From assembly GCA_034780895.1 (NCBI GenBank), contig JAUZTB010000002.1, positions 37,233,530 to 37,297,529 on the forward strand: 64,000 nt of DNA, written 5' to 3'. The position numbers and the translations under genes are program-made. Positions 26,951 to 39,874 of the stretch are shown here, piece by piece. Positions within the stretch are counted from its first letter, which is position 1. Every line of letters starts with the position of its first letter. The DNA is from Rhynchobatus australiae. Lineage: Eukaryota. The notes beneath the pieces were generated by a model, which worked only from the letters and a program-made list of their open reading frames with translations, searched no databases and had not been told where the DNA came from.

Positions 26951-28734
26951 GCCTGTTGACAAAAGAATAAAGAAATAACCAAACTTTCTTGATATGGTAG
27001 AAGGTGCCAAGAAGACTGGCAGAGAGGTAGTTTTAAAGTGGAAATCAGTTTTCCAGTCTCTATCATTGTGTAGGGAGGGCAGTGGGAATGTTGGATGTAC
27101 ACTACCTCTGATGAGGTTAATAGTTGGCAATGGAAAGATTAAAATGGAGAAGGTGAAGGGAATTGGTATTATTGTCATCTTTTCAAAGACACATAAAAGG
27201 TACTTGTTTAGATAAAAATTTAGTTTGTCCAGCTTCCTTTTGGCTTTACAGTATTACAACTTAAACTTTGGCATACTGTGTGTGGAGACGGAAATGTAGC
27301 CAGCACAAGTGATTATTAATCCAGCGTCTTTCAGAGAAACATACTGTAGTTCTAGTTTATCAGACCACTTGAATGTGTTTGAATTGATTTCACAAATAGC
27401 ATATCAATGCTCCACCCTCAACCTCATCTGCCTGATATAACAGTTTGATTCAACTATAATGGCCTTAAAATCCATTCGCCTTCAGTAGAGCAAAATGCAC
27501 TCGTGCTAAGTAGTAGTAGCATTGCATTGTACTCTACCTCTACAATTGGATCTTTTGAAGTTGACGGAATGAATTTTGGAGAGAGAACACAATGCACTAT
27601 AACACTGAGTTGATTCAATGTAATATACAGTTTTTATAAAACTGCTTAGCAAAAGGTTCTCAATTTACTTCAAAACATGAAAGAGGGACATTTTAATTAA
27701 TTTTTTTTCATGTACAAAATGATTTGAAAATTATTTCAACAGAACCATTACGGAAAAGGAAAGAAAGTAGTTTTTTTGAAAATGGTCACACTAACAAAAC
27801 TATTTAGAGCAATTGTAGTAACCTTAAAGATTTATTAACCTAATGATTGCACTAACTAGTGATCACTTGGATTTAATGATCCTGCTAATTGATTAATATA
27901 TGATTTCACTAATTAGTGATGACATGAACCAGATGGTTTTGAAAGCCATCGATCAGACTAAGTACATGACTTGGCTGATTTGCGGTCAGACTCATCAAAT
28001 GAAGCTCCGTGACACCCTGGAAAGTGCCACCTGGAAATGCTGGAAAATGATGGTGTGAAATACTGCAAGAAAGAAAAAAAAGGGATTTGAGGATGTTATT
28101 GATTTTGTATCAGGCCACTTTGAACTGAAGTGCCTCAAGCCTGAAAATGAATATCCTGCCAAATCACAATTTTTTTGTGTTTTTTTTTCTGAAATGACAT
28201 TTCTTGCATTGGCTCAAGTCTGTCTGAGCTCTGAACTACTCACAGTCTGTCTCCCCCCAGACTTTTAAATGCAACTTTAGAAGAATAGGGAAGGACAGAA
28301 TCAGAAGATACAGCTTTCTATTATAGTGTGGAAGGCAGCTCAGCCAAGGTGTCCTTAAGCAGAACAATGTATAACCTTGTGGCTCAGAAATGGATGTAAT
28401 AATAATGAACGTCGATGAGTTTTCTGGAAAGGATTTTTTTTCTTAGCTCATTGTTTGCAACATTATCATCTTCCCTAACCGCTTCTGCATATAAATGTAG
28501 TGAGCATCTTGCTGCTTGGAAAGCAGTTTGTGCTTTCACATCACGGCTGGTAGAAGATTAAGGAAAAAGGAACCTGCTGGCAACTAACTAAAAGCAAGGT
28601 GCAAAAAGAGAAGTGTTACCAAGATTTTCCTAATTGTTGCTGCTACTTTTGCAGCATGAGTTTGGATCACTCTGAAGTTGGCTTGACTTCAGTGGAACTG
28701 AATTTCAGGATTGAGTTTCTCCCTTTTCCCTTCA

Positions 28735-30080
28735 TGATTTTAAATCCCTCTAATAGATCCCCTTTCTATCTCCTCTGCTCCAAGAGAAAAGAAAACAGCT
28801 TTTCCAATCCATCCATGGAACTAAAGTCCCTTATACTTGGAAGCATTTTAGTAAATTGTCTTTGCACCCTCACTAAAGCCTTCACATTTTTCCTAAAGTG
28901 GCACAGAGAACTTTCTTACTCTTGTACTCTGCGTCTCTATTTATAATATCTAAGATTCTGTTTGCTTTTAGAAGGATTTTTACCCTGCCACTTCCAATGT
29001 ACAAATACCACATCTCTCTCTGTTCTTGTACCTCTTTTGGAATCATGCCCTCTTGTTTATGTTGCTTTCCCATTCTTCATGTGAAAAATGTGATACCTCA
29101 CATATCTCAGCATTAAGTTTCATCTGCATCTAACTGCCCTTTCCACCATCCCATCTATGTCTCCTTGAAGTCTTTTTATTATCCTCATCACTGTTTTTTG
29201 AAATCTGAAAATTTAGAAATTGCTTTCTGTAAATCCAAATGCATATCATTAATATTTATGAGGAAACCTATTGGCCATGGTACTGACTCCTGGTGGATGT
29301 CGCTGTACATTTCCCCCTCCATCTGAAAAACAACCTTTCACTATAGCTGTAATTTTAGTAATTAAGCCAATGTTTTATCCATGCTGTTACTATTTTATTC
29401 TTTAGGCTTCAATGACAAGCCTGTTATGTGGCGCTTCATCAAATATCTTTTGGAAGTCTATGTATATCACAATGACTACACTTTCCTCATCAACCCTCTC
29501 TGTTAATTCATCAAGTTCATCGTCATAGGCACACAGACCCAGCATATAAATGCCATGAAAAATTAGCTTTTTGCTGCAGCAGAATACATTACAAACNNNN
29601 NNNNNNNNNNNNNNNNNNNNNNNNNNNNNNNNNNNNNNNNNNNNNNNNNAAATAAACATAACAATAACAACACTAGTGCAAGTTGAGAGAGAGGGAAAAA
29701 GAAATATAGTCCAAGGTAGTGTTAGAGTTTAACACCATGCTAAGGACTCTACCAAGTTAGTTACTCATGATTTCCCTTCAGCAAGTCCGTGTTAATTTTC
29801 TCTAATCAATACCCTCCTATCCAAGTGATTGTTAATTATGTCCCTGATCATTGTTTCTAGTAATTTGCTCACCAGTGAGGTTAAACTGACGTCTGTAGTG
29901 ATTGGATTATCTCCACACCCTTGTTTGAGCATGGGTATAATGTTTAGAAGTATCATCAGGCAGCATCCCTGAAGCTATAGATACTTGGAAGATTATAACC
30001 AAGGCTTCTGCAGTTTCTTGTATAACTTCCCACAGCAACCAAGGCTGCACCCCCTCTGGACCAGGTAGCCTTGCAACTTC
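28735..30080 (-). mobile_element. CR1 LINE RT region, degraded
   Basis: Minus-strand peptides KANRILDIINRDAEYKSKKV and ERVDEESVVIVIYIDFQKIFDEAPHNRL. Confidence 0.8.
29511..29730 (-). mobile_element. Rex1-type LINE 3' UTR inserted into the CR1 copy
   Basis: atgccatgaaaattagctttttgctgcagcag..tagtgcaa resembles the 3' UTRs at 6432-6580 and 55037-55170, and it interrupts CR1 RT sequence. Confidence 0.55.
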
Positions 30081-30197
30081 AAGTGAATCTCCCCTTATTC
30101 TTTACCACTTTTTATTATTTGTGGACACTCCAGCAGCATCTTTTTCCTTGATGAATACCAAACTACTGCACCACTGTGCTGCTCTACTTTGATTTAT

Positions 30198-30272
30198 AAC
30201 ATTAACTCTGCTTCTCTCTCTGCAGATGCTGTCTGACCCACTAAGTTCTTTCAACATTTACTATTTTTATAT
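30198..30272 (+). mobile_element. Penelope-like pLTR-derived repeat fragment
   Basis: aacattaactctgcttctctctctgcagatgctgtctgacccactaagttc..tttttat. Confidence 0.65.
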
Positions 30273-30309
30273 TGGAAGTATTATATTTGGTGTCGTCACC
30301 AGTGTCTGT

Positions 30310-30740
30310 GATACCCTGCCAAGCTCAGAATAATCCATTTATTCCTATTTATTATTTTCTATCTGCTAACCAACTCTCATTCTACTCTAATATATTCCCC
30401 TAATTCTGAGTGTTTAACTTTGTTCAGTAAAGTCCTGTGTCAGTCATTATTGGAGGCCTTCTGAAAATCCACAAATGCCACATGCACTGGTTCCCCCCTT
30501 ATATACTCTAGTGGATATATCTTCAATGATCTCTAAAAGATTAGTCACACATGACTTCGCTTTCATAAGTTCATGTTGATTCTGCTTGGTCACATAATTA
30601 TTTTCCAAGTACCTTGACATCACATCCTTTATTATAGATTTCAGCATTCTCCCAACCGGCAGCATCAGACTAACAGGTTGGTGGTTCACTACTTTCTCTC
30701 TCCCTTCTCAAATTGTGTGGTTATATTTGATATCCTCCAA
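30310..30740 (-). mobile_element. CR1 LINE RT N-terminal fragment
   Basis: ORF 30447-30689 reads NHQPVSL..VGRMLKSIIKD..YLENN...QH..MKAKSCVTNLLE. Confidence 0.85.
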
Positions 30741-33401
30741 TACCATGCCCCTATTTCAAGTAAAGTAGGGAGTTAAACAGTGTACCAGCTAAAGTTCCTT
30801 CCTTAGCAAGACTNNNNNNNNNNNNNNNNNNNNNNNNNNNNNNNNNNNTGTTGTTTGTTGGACTGCCATGTCCAGTCCCTTACCATTTTAACTCGTGTAT
30901 TTCAGTGTAAAGTGCTTTGACACTTTTTAAGGAAGTGACAAGATGAAATATACATTTAGTTTTTATGTCTTTTCCTCTCTGACCCATACACAATAAAAGA
31001 TGTTTCTTTGATATTCTTCGCAGTTTTCAGTAAAATTAAGAATGGTATTAGATTTCCAATGGTGTTTATTAATAACTGAGGAACTTCAATGTCATCAAAA
31101 ACTCCATTTTTCCAAAATTTAAGCTCTATTCTCTCTGTATTTATTTCCTAAAGTTAAATTTAAAAAGTCATTAAATAATTCAACAATAATTTGTGGCATC
31201 AGCTAATTTTAGTCACATATCTAGATATCTAGAAAAGTGCTGGAAATTATGATGATAACACAATTGTATGTGTTTTTTAATTTAATGTTCTAAACTAAAT
31301 TCTGGAATTTATTCTGTTTTAACAAAACTAGTACTTGAGCTTGAAATCAAATTAATAATCCTCAAGTATCTTTGTATATTTGATAAGCTCTTAACTCCCT
31401 TCCCTACTGATTTAATGCAAATTCTCTGCAAATCAATTTGCTGTAGACAAAAGGTACAAAACATTTCAATCCATTGGGAATAAGGGATTTAAATTCTGTG
31501 TCTTTTCTTTTTATATAGTGCCTCACAGTTTGCAATTTCTAATCTGCATTCTGTAACTATCAAGCTAGTGGATAATTTGTTGCTTATAAAAATATATGTG
31601 TATGAAATAAGAAATGCTAGTTCTATGATATTTTGGTGCATAAATCTCTGGCTAATTATGGAATCCTTGTGACTTTTCTTCTCATCTGCATTGCCCTTGG
31701 TAATTCTGCCTAGGGAGGTGAATGTTAGTGAGGAAGATGAAAGAGGGCTGTCGCAGTACCAGCACATGGAAAATTATCTGTAGGACTTTTTGATAATGGC
31801 AGGTAAAACAAAAAAAAACAGGAAAAATAAAGAGAAGTCCTTGCTAAAAGCATTGAGAGACGTTCAGTGAAAGTGGTCTGCCAGGTAATGAAGCTGTAAG
31901 TGGTTCTCTGAATGCTTCCCCTAGTGTCCATCAACCTGTATCAGGGATGCTCTCAGAAGTAACCTTGTTTATACATATCATTCACCACAGAGGCAAACCA
32001 CATTAAAAGCAGCTTTGTAATAGTTTCTCAGAAGGAGCAGCCTTACTGAGATTTTTCCAGGGATTTCAATAGGAATGAAATGTTCCCTCCTGAGCAAAGA
32101 TGTTGAAGTTTGGACATTACTGGAAGGAAAACAGAGAATTCTATAAAAGAGTTTGTGAACCAATTGTAATTTGAAGGAGGTTTCCAGGTAATTTAATGCT
32201 CTTCTCATATTACTCTTGTAGTCACTCAAACAGTTTTTTTAAATGCAACTTAGTCCTTTACTGAGAGGATGCTGTGTTCCTTTGGTCTGGGCACATGTTT
32301 GGCAAGGTACTGCATTATGTAAGTGATGCCATTACTAACTTATGTTCCTGATTAAGACCTCTTTCGAGTAAAGAATGTGGAGGGCTTCATTTTTTTAAAT
32401 TTTTAATTAAAAAATATTTTGGGGAAAAATGTTTATTTTTTCATGGATAAAACTTCACACCCATTATAATTGACAACAATGCAAACATTGCAGCTTGCTT
32501 TCAGAATGTTGAATGCAGCATTCAAAGCTGGCATATAAGCTACTGACCCATTTCACTTGTTCATGGGATGCACAGTGGCATGACAGTGGTGAATAAAATA
32601 AAATACCAACAAATGGTCGAAAGAAAATGAAAATTTGTGGAAGTTACGCAGGGTGAAAGATTTCATTCCAAAGGCTAGGTTGCCGAGCAGAAATTTTATG
32701 AACGATCTCACATGCTCAACCAAGCAGCCAATAGCCTTGGTAAAAGAACACCAACAAGATATTGTAACTGACAGGATCACCTTTAGTGCTAAGTCCTTTT
32801 CCTGCCAGATTGTAAAGTAGGCTCACTTCAACTCATGTGTCTGTTTGAATAAGGCATGAATAATGAAATCCAATATCTTCTGAAAGGGTGCAAAGATAAG
32901 GTCAACCTTTATCACCGTGTCTAACAAATGGCAGGGATCCTGCACGTGTATTTCTGTAATATCAAACCAGGTAGATCTCAACTCGCAGAACAGCTATATT
33001 ATGTAACTTAGAGAAGCAGTCCACAAATATGTCATGTCAGCCCATGACTTTGTTGTTATTTTGATTTAGCTGCATATACAGAAGCTGATAGCTAATTTTA
33101 TTTAATAATTGAAATTCATCAGTTTTGCTCAATACAAACAAAAGCTAACAAAAAATGCACCCTCAGGCTGAATCAACAATAGAAACCAAATAATTCAAGC
33201 TCCCAGTACACAGTACTTCAGCAAGCATGAATAACATAATCAAGTAAGAAGTAAGTTTGACCGAACTGTGTTGTATTTTACACTGATTTCCACAGTGTAC
33301 TGTACATAGGAGTGGAGGGGATGTTTGGAGTAGGGCTGCACAGTCATATAGAATGTGCTTTTCATATTTCTGCATTTTGATTAATTGGCCAGCTTTTCAG
33401 A

Positions 33402-33402
<1 letters not shown>

Positions 33403-33475
<73 letters not shown>
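33403..33475. repeat. (TG)n microsatellite running into a gap
   Basis: At least 36 perfect TG units. Confidence 0.97.
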
Positions 33476-34399
33476 NNNNNNNNNNNNNNNNNNNNNNNNN
33501 NNNNNNNNNNNNNNNNNNNNNNNNNNNNNNNNNNNNNNNNNNNNNNNNNNNNNNNNNNNNNNNNNNNNNNNNNNNNNNNNNNNNNNNNNNNNNNNNNNNN
33601 NNNNNNNNNNNNNNNNNNNNNNNNNNNNNNNNNNAGGGGATGCTCACTCCCTTTCATTCTTTTCAAGGTGTCCCTGATTTTTCAAACCATTCTACACTAG
33701 GCTGCTTGGACTTTTTTTTACATACCAAAGTCAGTGTCTCAAGTGTTTCTTTCTTTTAATCCCCTAAACTGCTGCTGTATGGACTCTTCCAGAGTTGAAT
33801 AATAGCTTTGCAAATGAGACTTTTTCACATTAAGTGGCTGCTGCTTATTTTTTTAACCACTTTTCACAGAAGCCTTCATCTTTGACGCCACAGTCAATTA
33901 TATTGTCACTAAAAGAAAACTGTTGACATTAATGTAAAGGTCCAAAAGGTAACAACAATCAATACCTATCCAGCAGCAGGAATATATACAACAGGCAATT
34001 TACTTAAACTGAGATAGATTAATTTAACAACTCAAGACTGGAGCATTTCAGCCTCAACAATTTTACTAGTTCTCCTTCATGTGGTTTAATTCATTTAAAT
34101 TATGTACAAAATATTTCTACCTTGCTGGGCATCTTTTAAATCAACATCTCTGCATTTATCTGCATGCTTGCTATGAGCAGCCATACTGAGCTCTCCCTTT
34201 GACTACATTAGAACTTCATGCAACAGTAAAAGTGGACAGAATACTCTTGGCATTAGTGCCATCTCGCAGTGGGAATAAAGCTCAGTGGCAAGGGTACTGG
34301 CAGACCTAGGATGCTTCCAGTATTGATTCTTGATCTACCATAGTGTCACTGATTATGGCAGTGAGTGTGATGTCATCTGTTTCAGTGTTCCTGGGCTGG

Positions 34400-34435
34400 T
34401 GAGGAAAAAGTGCGTCCTGAGGAAAAAGTGCGTCC
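34400..34435. repeat. 18-bp perfect tandem duplication
   Basis: tgaggaaaaagtgcgtcc x2. Confidence 0.95.
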
Positions 34436-34950
34436 TTCCATAGTTTTAGCTGAGAGAGTGTACTAAACAGGCAGTGAACAATCATCCTAAAGTAAAATGG
34501 GATTAGTGTAGGATGAATGTAAGTAGCTGCTTGATAGTTGACATGTTTGGCGGGACAAAGAACTTGTTTCTGTATAACTATCTGAGTATTTTGGACTAAA
34601 GTGGTGAAAGAGCAGCTGTTCCAGTGGTGGGTTACTGTAAGTAGTTGACAGTAATGAACGACAATTATATCTTATTCAATTTTAAGCCCTGTGGAATGTT
34701 TGCTTTGTTCTTTTATTGAAAACAAAGGGGAAGAGTGAATGAGCCCTTGGTTGGCAATTTTTCTGGTACCATTCAGTTTCTCCTTCGCTGAGGGTGAGAT
34801 TACATTTTAATGGGTATGGTAGCAATATTGTTCCAGTGGAACTACATAGACACCGAATTGCTGGTTTAGTAAAGTTACAGTGTGATGCTGGTCATTAATT
34901 TTGATTTTTCTAATCTGTATTCTTTTCTAAAAAACCAGGNNNNNNNNNCG

Positions 34951-34991
<41 letters not shown>
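34951..34991. repeat. Poly-C tract (41 nt) next to a gap
   Basis: Direct read; the length may be unreliable because it abuts Ns. Confidence 0.8.
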
Positions 34992-35675
34992 ACCTCAGTA
35001 AATGCACCTGATAGTATTGACTTTATTAGTTAGTAATTGCCACTTGATTTCAGTATGGATGGCAAGCATTTCATTGAAATCTTTTTTGAAAATCCTGCCT
35101 TCATGGGCAAATCAACTTTCCTTATCTACAATAGTATTTTGCATAGAGGTGGGCCAGTATTTCGTATACTTGGGAATTTCTTCACAAGATCAAATGCTTA
35201 TGGGGGAGGGGATAGGTGGGGTGAAAAGTATTCTGAGTTCCAAGACATTTGCAAAAATTCCTCATTGTTTATGCCCAGCATATCTCCCTACTTAATCATA
35301 ATTTTGCAGCCTGGGGAGGAGGAATAGCCTACAGGTCCCATAATCCTTTGCAATCAGACAGCCCCTGCTTAAACCTGGCTGCTCCCATAATGCTTCAGGG
35401 CTTGGAGTTTGATTAGTTTCATGAAGTGTCTGAGAGTGCAGGTACATGTGGAGAGTTCCAGGTATGGTTAGAGGTATTCTCAGTGTACATTGCTGCACCC
35501 TGCCCTGGATAAATTCACCAGGTTTTGTTTCACCCTCTGTAGGTGCAGAATTCTTAACTATTTATTTTAAAATCAATAGCATGCTATTTTAAAGGTTTTA
35601 GTATTTTACAAAATACTCTGCCTTGTAAGTCTCTCTCCTTGACTCTGGTCACTCAGAGTATGTAGCCAAAATCAA

Positions 35676-35875
35676 TTTTTTTCCCCCCAGGGTTGGGGTA
35701 TCAAAAATGAGAGGATACAAGTTTATGGTGAGAGGAAGGAATTTTAAAGGGGATATGAGGATGAGTTTTTACACAGAGATTGGTTGATATCTGGAATGCA
35801 CTGCAAGAGGAGATGGTGGGCTCAGATACAATTACTGCATGTAAGAGGCATTTAGACAGACGCCTAAATAGTCAA
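35676..35875 (+). mobile_element. CR1 LINE 3' fragment
   Basis: agaggatacaagtttatggtgagagg..ttttacacagag..tggaatgcactgc..catttagacag. Confidence 0.8.
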
Positions 35876-35973
35876 TGTTCTCGAAACCACTGAATAACAA
35901 AAAAGGATGGCTTTGGCTTGTTGAAGGGGAACAATTATCACTCAGAGAGAAACTCAGGCACAGGTAAATGAGT

Positions 35974-36110
35974 GTGATTACTGTGTTCCAGTTTGGAACT
36001 GAAGTGTTGTGTTTTGAGTACTGTGTTCCAGAATGATTACTGATGATTACAAAATGATTATGAAGAATGATTACAAAATGATTACTGTGTTCCAGAGATT
36101 GGAACCCAAG
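35974..36110. repeat. Imperfect local repeats (atgattac / ctgtgttccag)
   Basis: ctgtgttccag x3 and several atgattac units. Confidence 0.8.
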
Positions 36111-36759
36111 TCATGAGCTCCAGTTATATTGCCACCATTCCTACCCTCACAGATGAAAATCTATGCCTTCCTCTCCTCATTTAGTTGAGATTCTATCATT
36201 GATGTGCCTACCTATTGAAAATATCTCACCCTTTCTCTTTTCTTCATATTCTTCCCCTTCAACTCTTAATTTTCCATTTCCTATCCCTTTTCCTTGCTAC
36301 TTTCCATTTTGCCTTCTCCTCCCTTAGCTCTCTCCTTGGCATCTCTCCAGGACCCACCCTCTCCAGCTCTCCCCACTCTTGCACTCTTTACATCAAAAAC
36401 AAATGGTAAGGAGTCATCAAAAAAGGGGCATCTTGCTTTTCTCTAGTGTCGTGATGGGACAAGCCACTGAGATGCCTTGTCACTTTTTGGACTTTCACAT
36501 AAGCAGGATGTGATGAAGTCGATATTGTTACAGAGTGCTTTGCATCCAGTGTAGAACTGCTGTTATATATAAACAAACTCTCACAAGCTGTACTGAAGTT
36601 ACAACCAGGTACTTCATCCTCAGTTGGATGTGTGCTTATTCTTCATCTAAAATACTGTTCCAATGAGATCAATGGAGCTGAATTTCAGAAGCAAAACACA
36701 ACCGATAGGTGCTACTACATCTGGACATCTAGCACACATGATCAAAGATAATTTCTAGG

Positions 36760-37082
36760 CAAATGTGTTTCAATGATGTTATTAGGGGAATAAATATTGG
36801 CTAGGACATCAGGGATAATTTCCCTGCTGTTCTTTGAAATACTGCCAAGAGGTCCTCCACTCACACCTGACAAAGCAGACGGAGCTGTGGTTGATTGTCT
36901 CATCAAAACTAATGGCACAACACTATCTTGTGTTTTAAATCCATCTGAGAAGGCAGAGGGCCTCAGCTTCCAGTGGAAAGGTAGCACCCCCAATGGTGCA
37001 ACATTCCTTCAGCACTGGTGGCCAAATCTACAATGCGGAACTTGAACCTATATCCAACTGACAGATATGAGAATGCTGCCAA
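36760..37082 (-). mobile_element. Deu-domain SINE (SacSINE1-like)
   Basis: ataaatattggctaggacatcagggataatttccctgctgttctttgaaatactgcc..agcagacggagc..ggtgcaacattccttcagcact..cttgaacc is the reverse complement of the Deu core and tRNA-like head. Confidence 0.75.
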
Positions 37083-37130
37083 TAAAAGAGGGCTGCTATC
37101 ATGGTAGGAGGAATATTTCTAGTATTTATT

Positions 37131-37207
37131 ATTTCAACAGTTGAGTAATATAAAAGGACTGTAAATTAATAATTTCAACAGCTGAGTAATATAAAAGGAC
37201 TGTAAAT
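37131..37207. repeat. 41-bp-period tandem duplication
   Basis: atttcaacag(t/c)tgagtaatataaaaggactgtaaat x2, starting at 37131 and 37172. Confidence 0.95.
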
Positions 37208-37604
37208 AAATAAATGAAATATCTTTTATTTCATTTTCCTATCCTCAGGAGCTCTGTTATTTAATGTCTCCTGAGCATGCCAGGAGATGGTCTGTTGATA
37301 CCAGTGACAAATCCCATCAGCAAGTGGCTCTACTGCAATCCAAACCAATTCCTGATGCCATTCTGTAGGCAGCTGAGACTGGAAGCTCAGCACTGCCTTG
37401 TTCTTGCCATGTAATTGGGTCGATAGTAAATCTGAAGTAATGTAGACTAGACAAGACCACTAAGTGGGCTTTCAAAGACCTCCACGTTTCAGTTTATTAT
37501 GCTTTCTTCTGAGAGGAAAAGGACAGCGAGCCTTAGAGCCATGAAAACATTTCGTGAATAAGAATGTGAATAAGCTGAATGAGTATGTACCACCTCTTCA
37601 CGCT

Positions 37605-38330
37605 TTATACTCCAGTAATATTTATCCTGCTGCAACACTTGTCTTACAGTAACATTTATACAGTTAGAATTTCTATTTTGGCATTAAATACTGCAGTAAA
37701 ATTTACACTGCATTTGTAAATATATTTCGGTAAGATTTATATAATAATATCTCAGAGTAGTATTAATACATGCATAATATTTATGACACTAATATTTATA
37801 TTACAGTAATATTTATGCTGCAGGAAATGTTGCACCACAGTGGTAATTATGCTAAAGTAAAATGTATGTTATAACACATCTTGCAGTAATATGTATTTCA
37901 GAAAAAAATTATACTACTGTAATATTTATCCTGTGATGTTTATAGTGTAATAAGATTATATCGCAGTAATATTTTATGTTGCAGTATGATTTTGACCATA
38001 AATACATCTCACAGTAATATTTATACTGCCATAATTTTTATACCTCTGTAATATTTGTATTGCGGTAAGATTTATCCTATTGCAAATACTTGTATTGTAG
38101 TAGTAAGGACACTACAGTAATATTTAAGCTGTAGTAATATTGATCACACACTAATCTTTGTATTCCAGCAATATTTGTGCTGCAGTTATATTTTTATTGC
38201 ATTAATATTGCTATCATGGCAATGTTTATCCAACACTAACATACATCAGTAATATTTGTGTTGTGGCAGTGTTTATATTGCAGTGATGTTGGTACATTAG
38301 TAATATCTATTCCACAATAATATGTATATT
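37605..38330. repeat. Degenerate AT-rich minisatellite, ~17-bp unit CAGTAATATTTATACTG
   Basis: Many imperfect cagtaatatttat.ctg units over ~700 bp. Confidence 0.85.
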
Positions 38331-39874
38331 GTGGGGATATTTGCTTCAATGCTGGCAGGGTACTGAGCAAAATAATGGTGCAATGGGACCAACCTCCAGT
38401 CATAAGCTGTAATGCTAAATACACTAGGCTTGAAATTTGCTTTCAACCTGCTTTCCAATGCTGTTTGATCATGTTATTTTAATCAGAAAGGAATGTGAAA
38501 AATGGAGGTTGTTGCACTCTGACTTCAGATGGGGCTATATATTATCATTTAATCACTGACACAAACATTATTATACTGTGCTGAGATAGCAGCACAATCA
38601 TTTGAATTGTTTTGAGTGAACCCTTAACAGCACACTCTTTGTACCATTAATAAAAAAGAAACAGACCATGCCTGTGATTTTTTTTTTGAAAGCCATCTGT
38701 GGTTGATCTGTTGAAATTTTTGAAAACTGCAATAAGCAAGGGGGTTCTGCAGCTAACATTACAGAAGAGATGTAGGATATGCTTTCTAGTTGCTTTCTGA
38801 GCCAGGCAGTGTTACCTGACACTGCAACTGTAACTGGGAATCATATGAGAAGGAAACAGGGCAAGGAAAAGGAAAGTTAAAGTCAACAATAAAGTACAGG
38901 ATAAAGAAGAAAGATTTTGGTCGATGCTATTCATGTTTTCTGTCTTTATAAAGTTAATTTTAAAATGGATAGAAAGTTACTTGAGGTGGATTCATAACTT
39001 AAAATGGGTAGAGATTTATACTGGGGTATAATTGTAAAATTATTCCTGTAACTGCCAGCACCAGTTCTGATAGCCACAAAGTGGATCTCTGCATGCACAG
39101 ATGGCCTTTAATCCAGAAGGACAACGTTTAATTTCTGTGAATTTCTGCAGCTTCAAGATAGGTTACTGTTTTGTAGTAGTTTATATAATTCAGTGTGATT
39201 TATATAATTCACTGTGATTTACCCATTTGTATCACTTATGAACTATGATTCATTTGTCATTGTATTGACACATGCATATACAGTGCACATCCTGACATTG
39301 TGTAAGCTAGAGAGGTTCAAACTTAATGGGATAGAAATTCCTGGCATTAGTTGATATATAATCATTATTTGGGTTTTAGTGTAGTACTTGGCATTTATTT
39401 GTCCTGTTTTGAAATTCGAGTGAGGGTGGTTCTTGCCTAAATCCAAAGAATAAGCAGTACTGTTTGGGAGCCATCTGTCATAATACCCAGCATTTCCACT
39501 TTCATTTCCCTTTATATTTTCATGCAGTGATCCTTATCTTACTAACATTTTGTATTGACGGGAATGAGGCCGTGTTTACTAATTTTCGTATAAGTAAGTT
39601 AGTTCCTCCATTGGAATATTCTGTTCCTTAATTAGTGGCAAACTGCTACTCTGAAATTCATCTTGAATTGTGAAGGCATACAGTAGATAGCTCAGGTGAT
39701 TTGCCTCATGTCCCAGTATCTGGGACATGATACTAGAGCAACTGCTAGATGAAAGTCTCAATATGCAAAACCTGCAGTCCAAAGAGGAACCAGGAATTTT
39801 GAAGCTGCCACTGTTAAGCGTGTTGATGGACAATAAATGTTTTGTGCATGTTAATTTTTATTCATAGCAATTGT

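Noticed and set aside
33353-33759. CV/HT-repeat ORFs
   Set aside because: They are translations of the (TG)n microsatellite and the adjacent N-gap.
34951-34991. 41-nt poly-C as a functional G-quadruplex or i-motif element
   Set aside because: It abuts an assembly gap, so it may be a sequencing or assembly artefact of unreliable length.
37605-38330. CRISPR-like array
   Set aside because: Contiguous degenerate units without unique spacers, in a vertebrate intron, with no cas genes.
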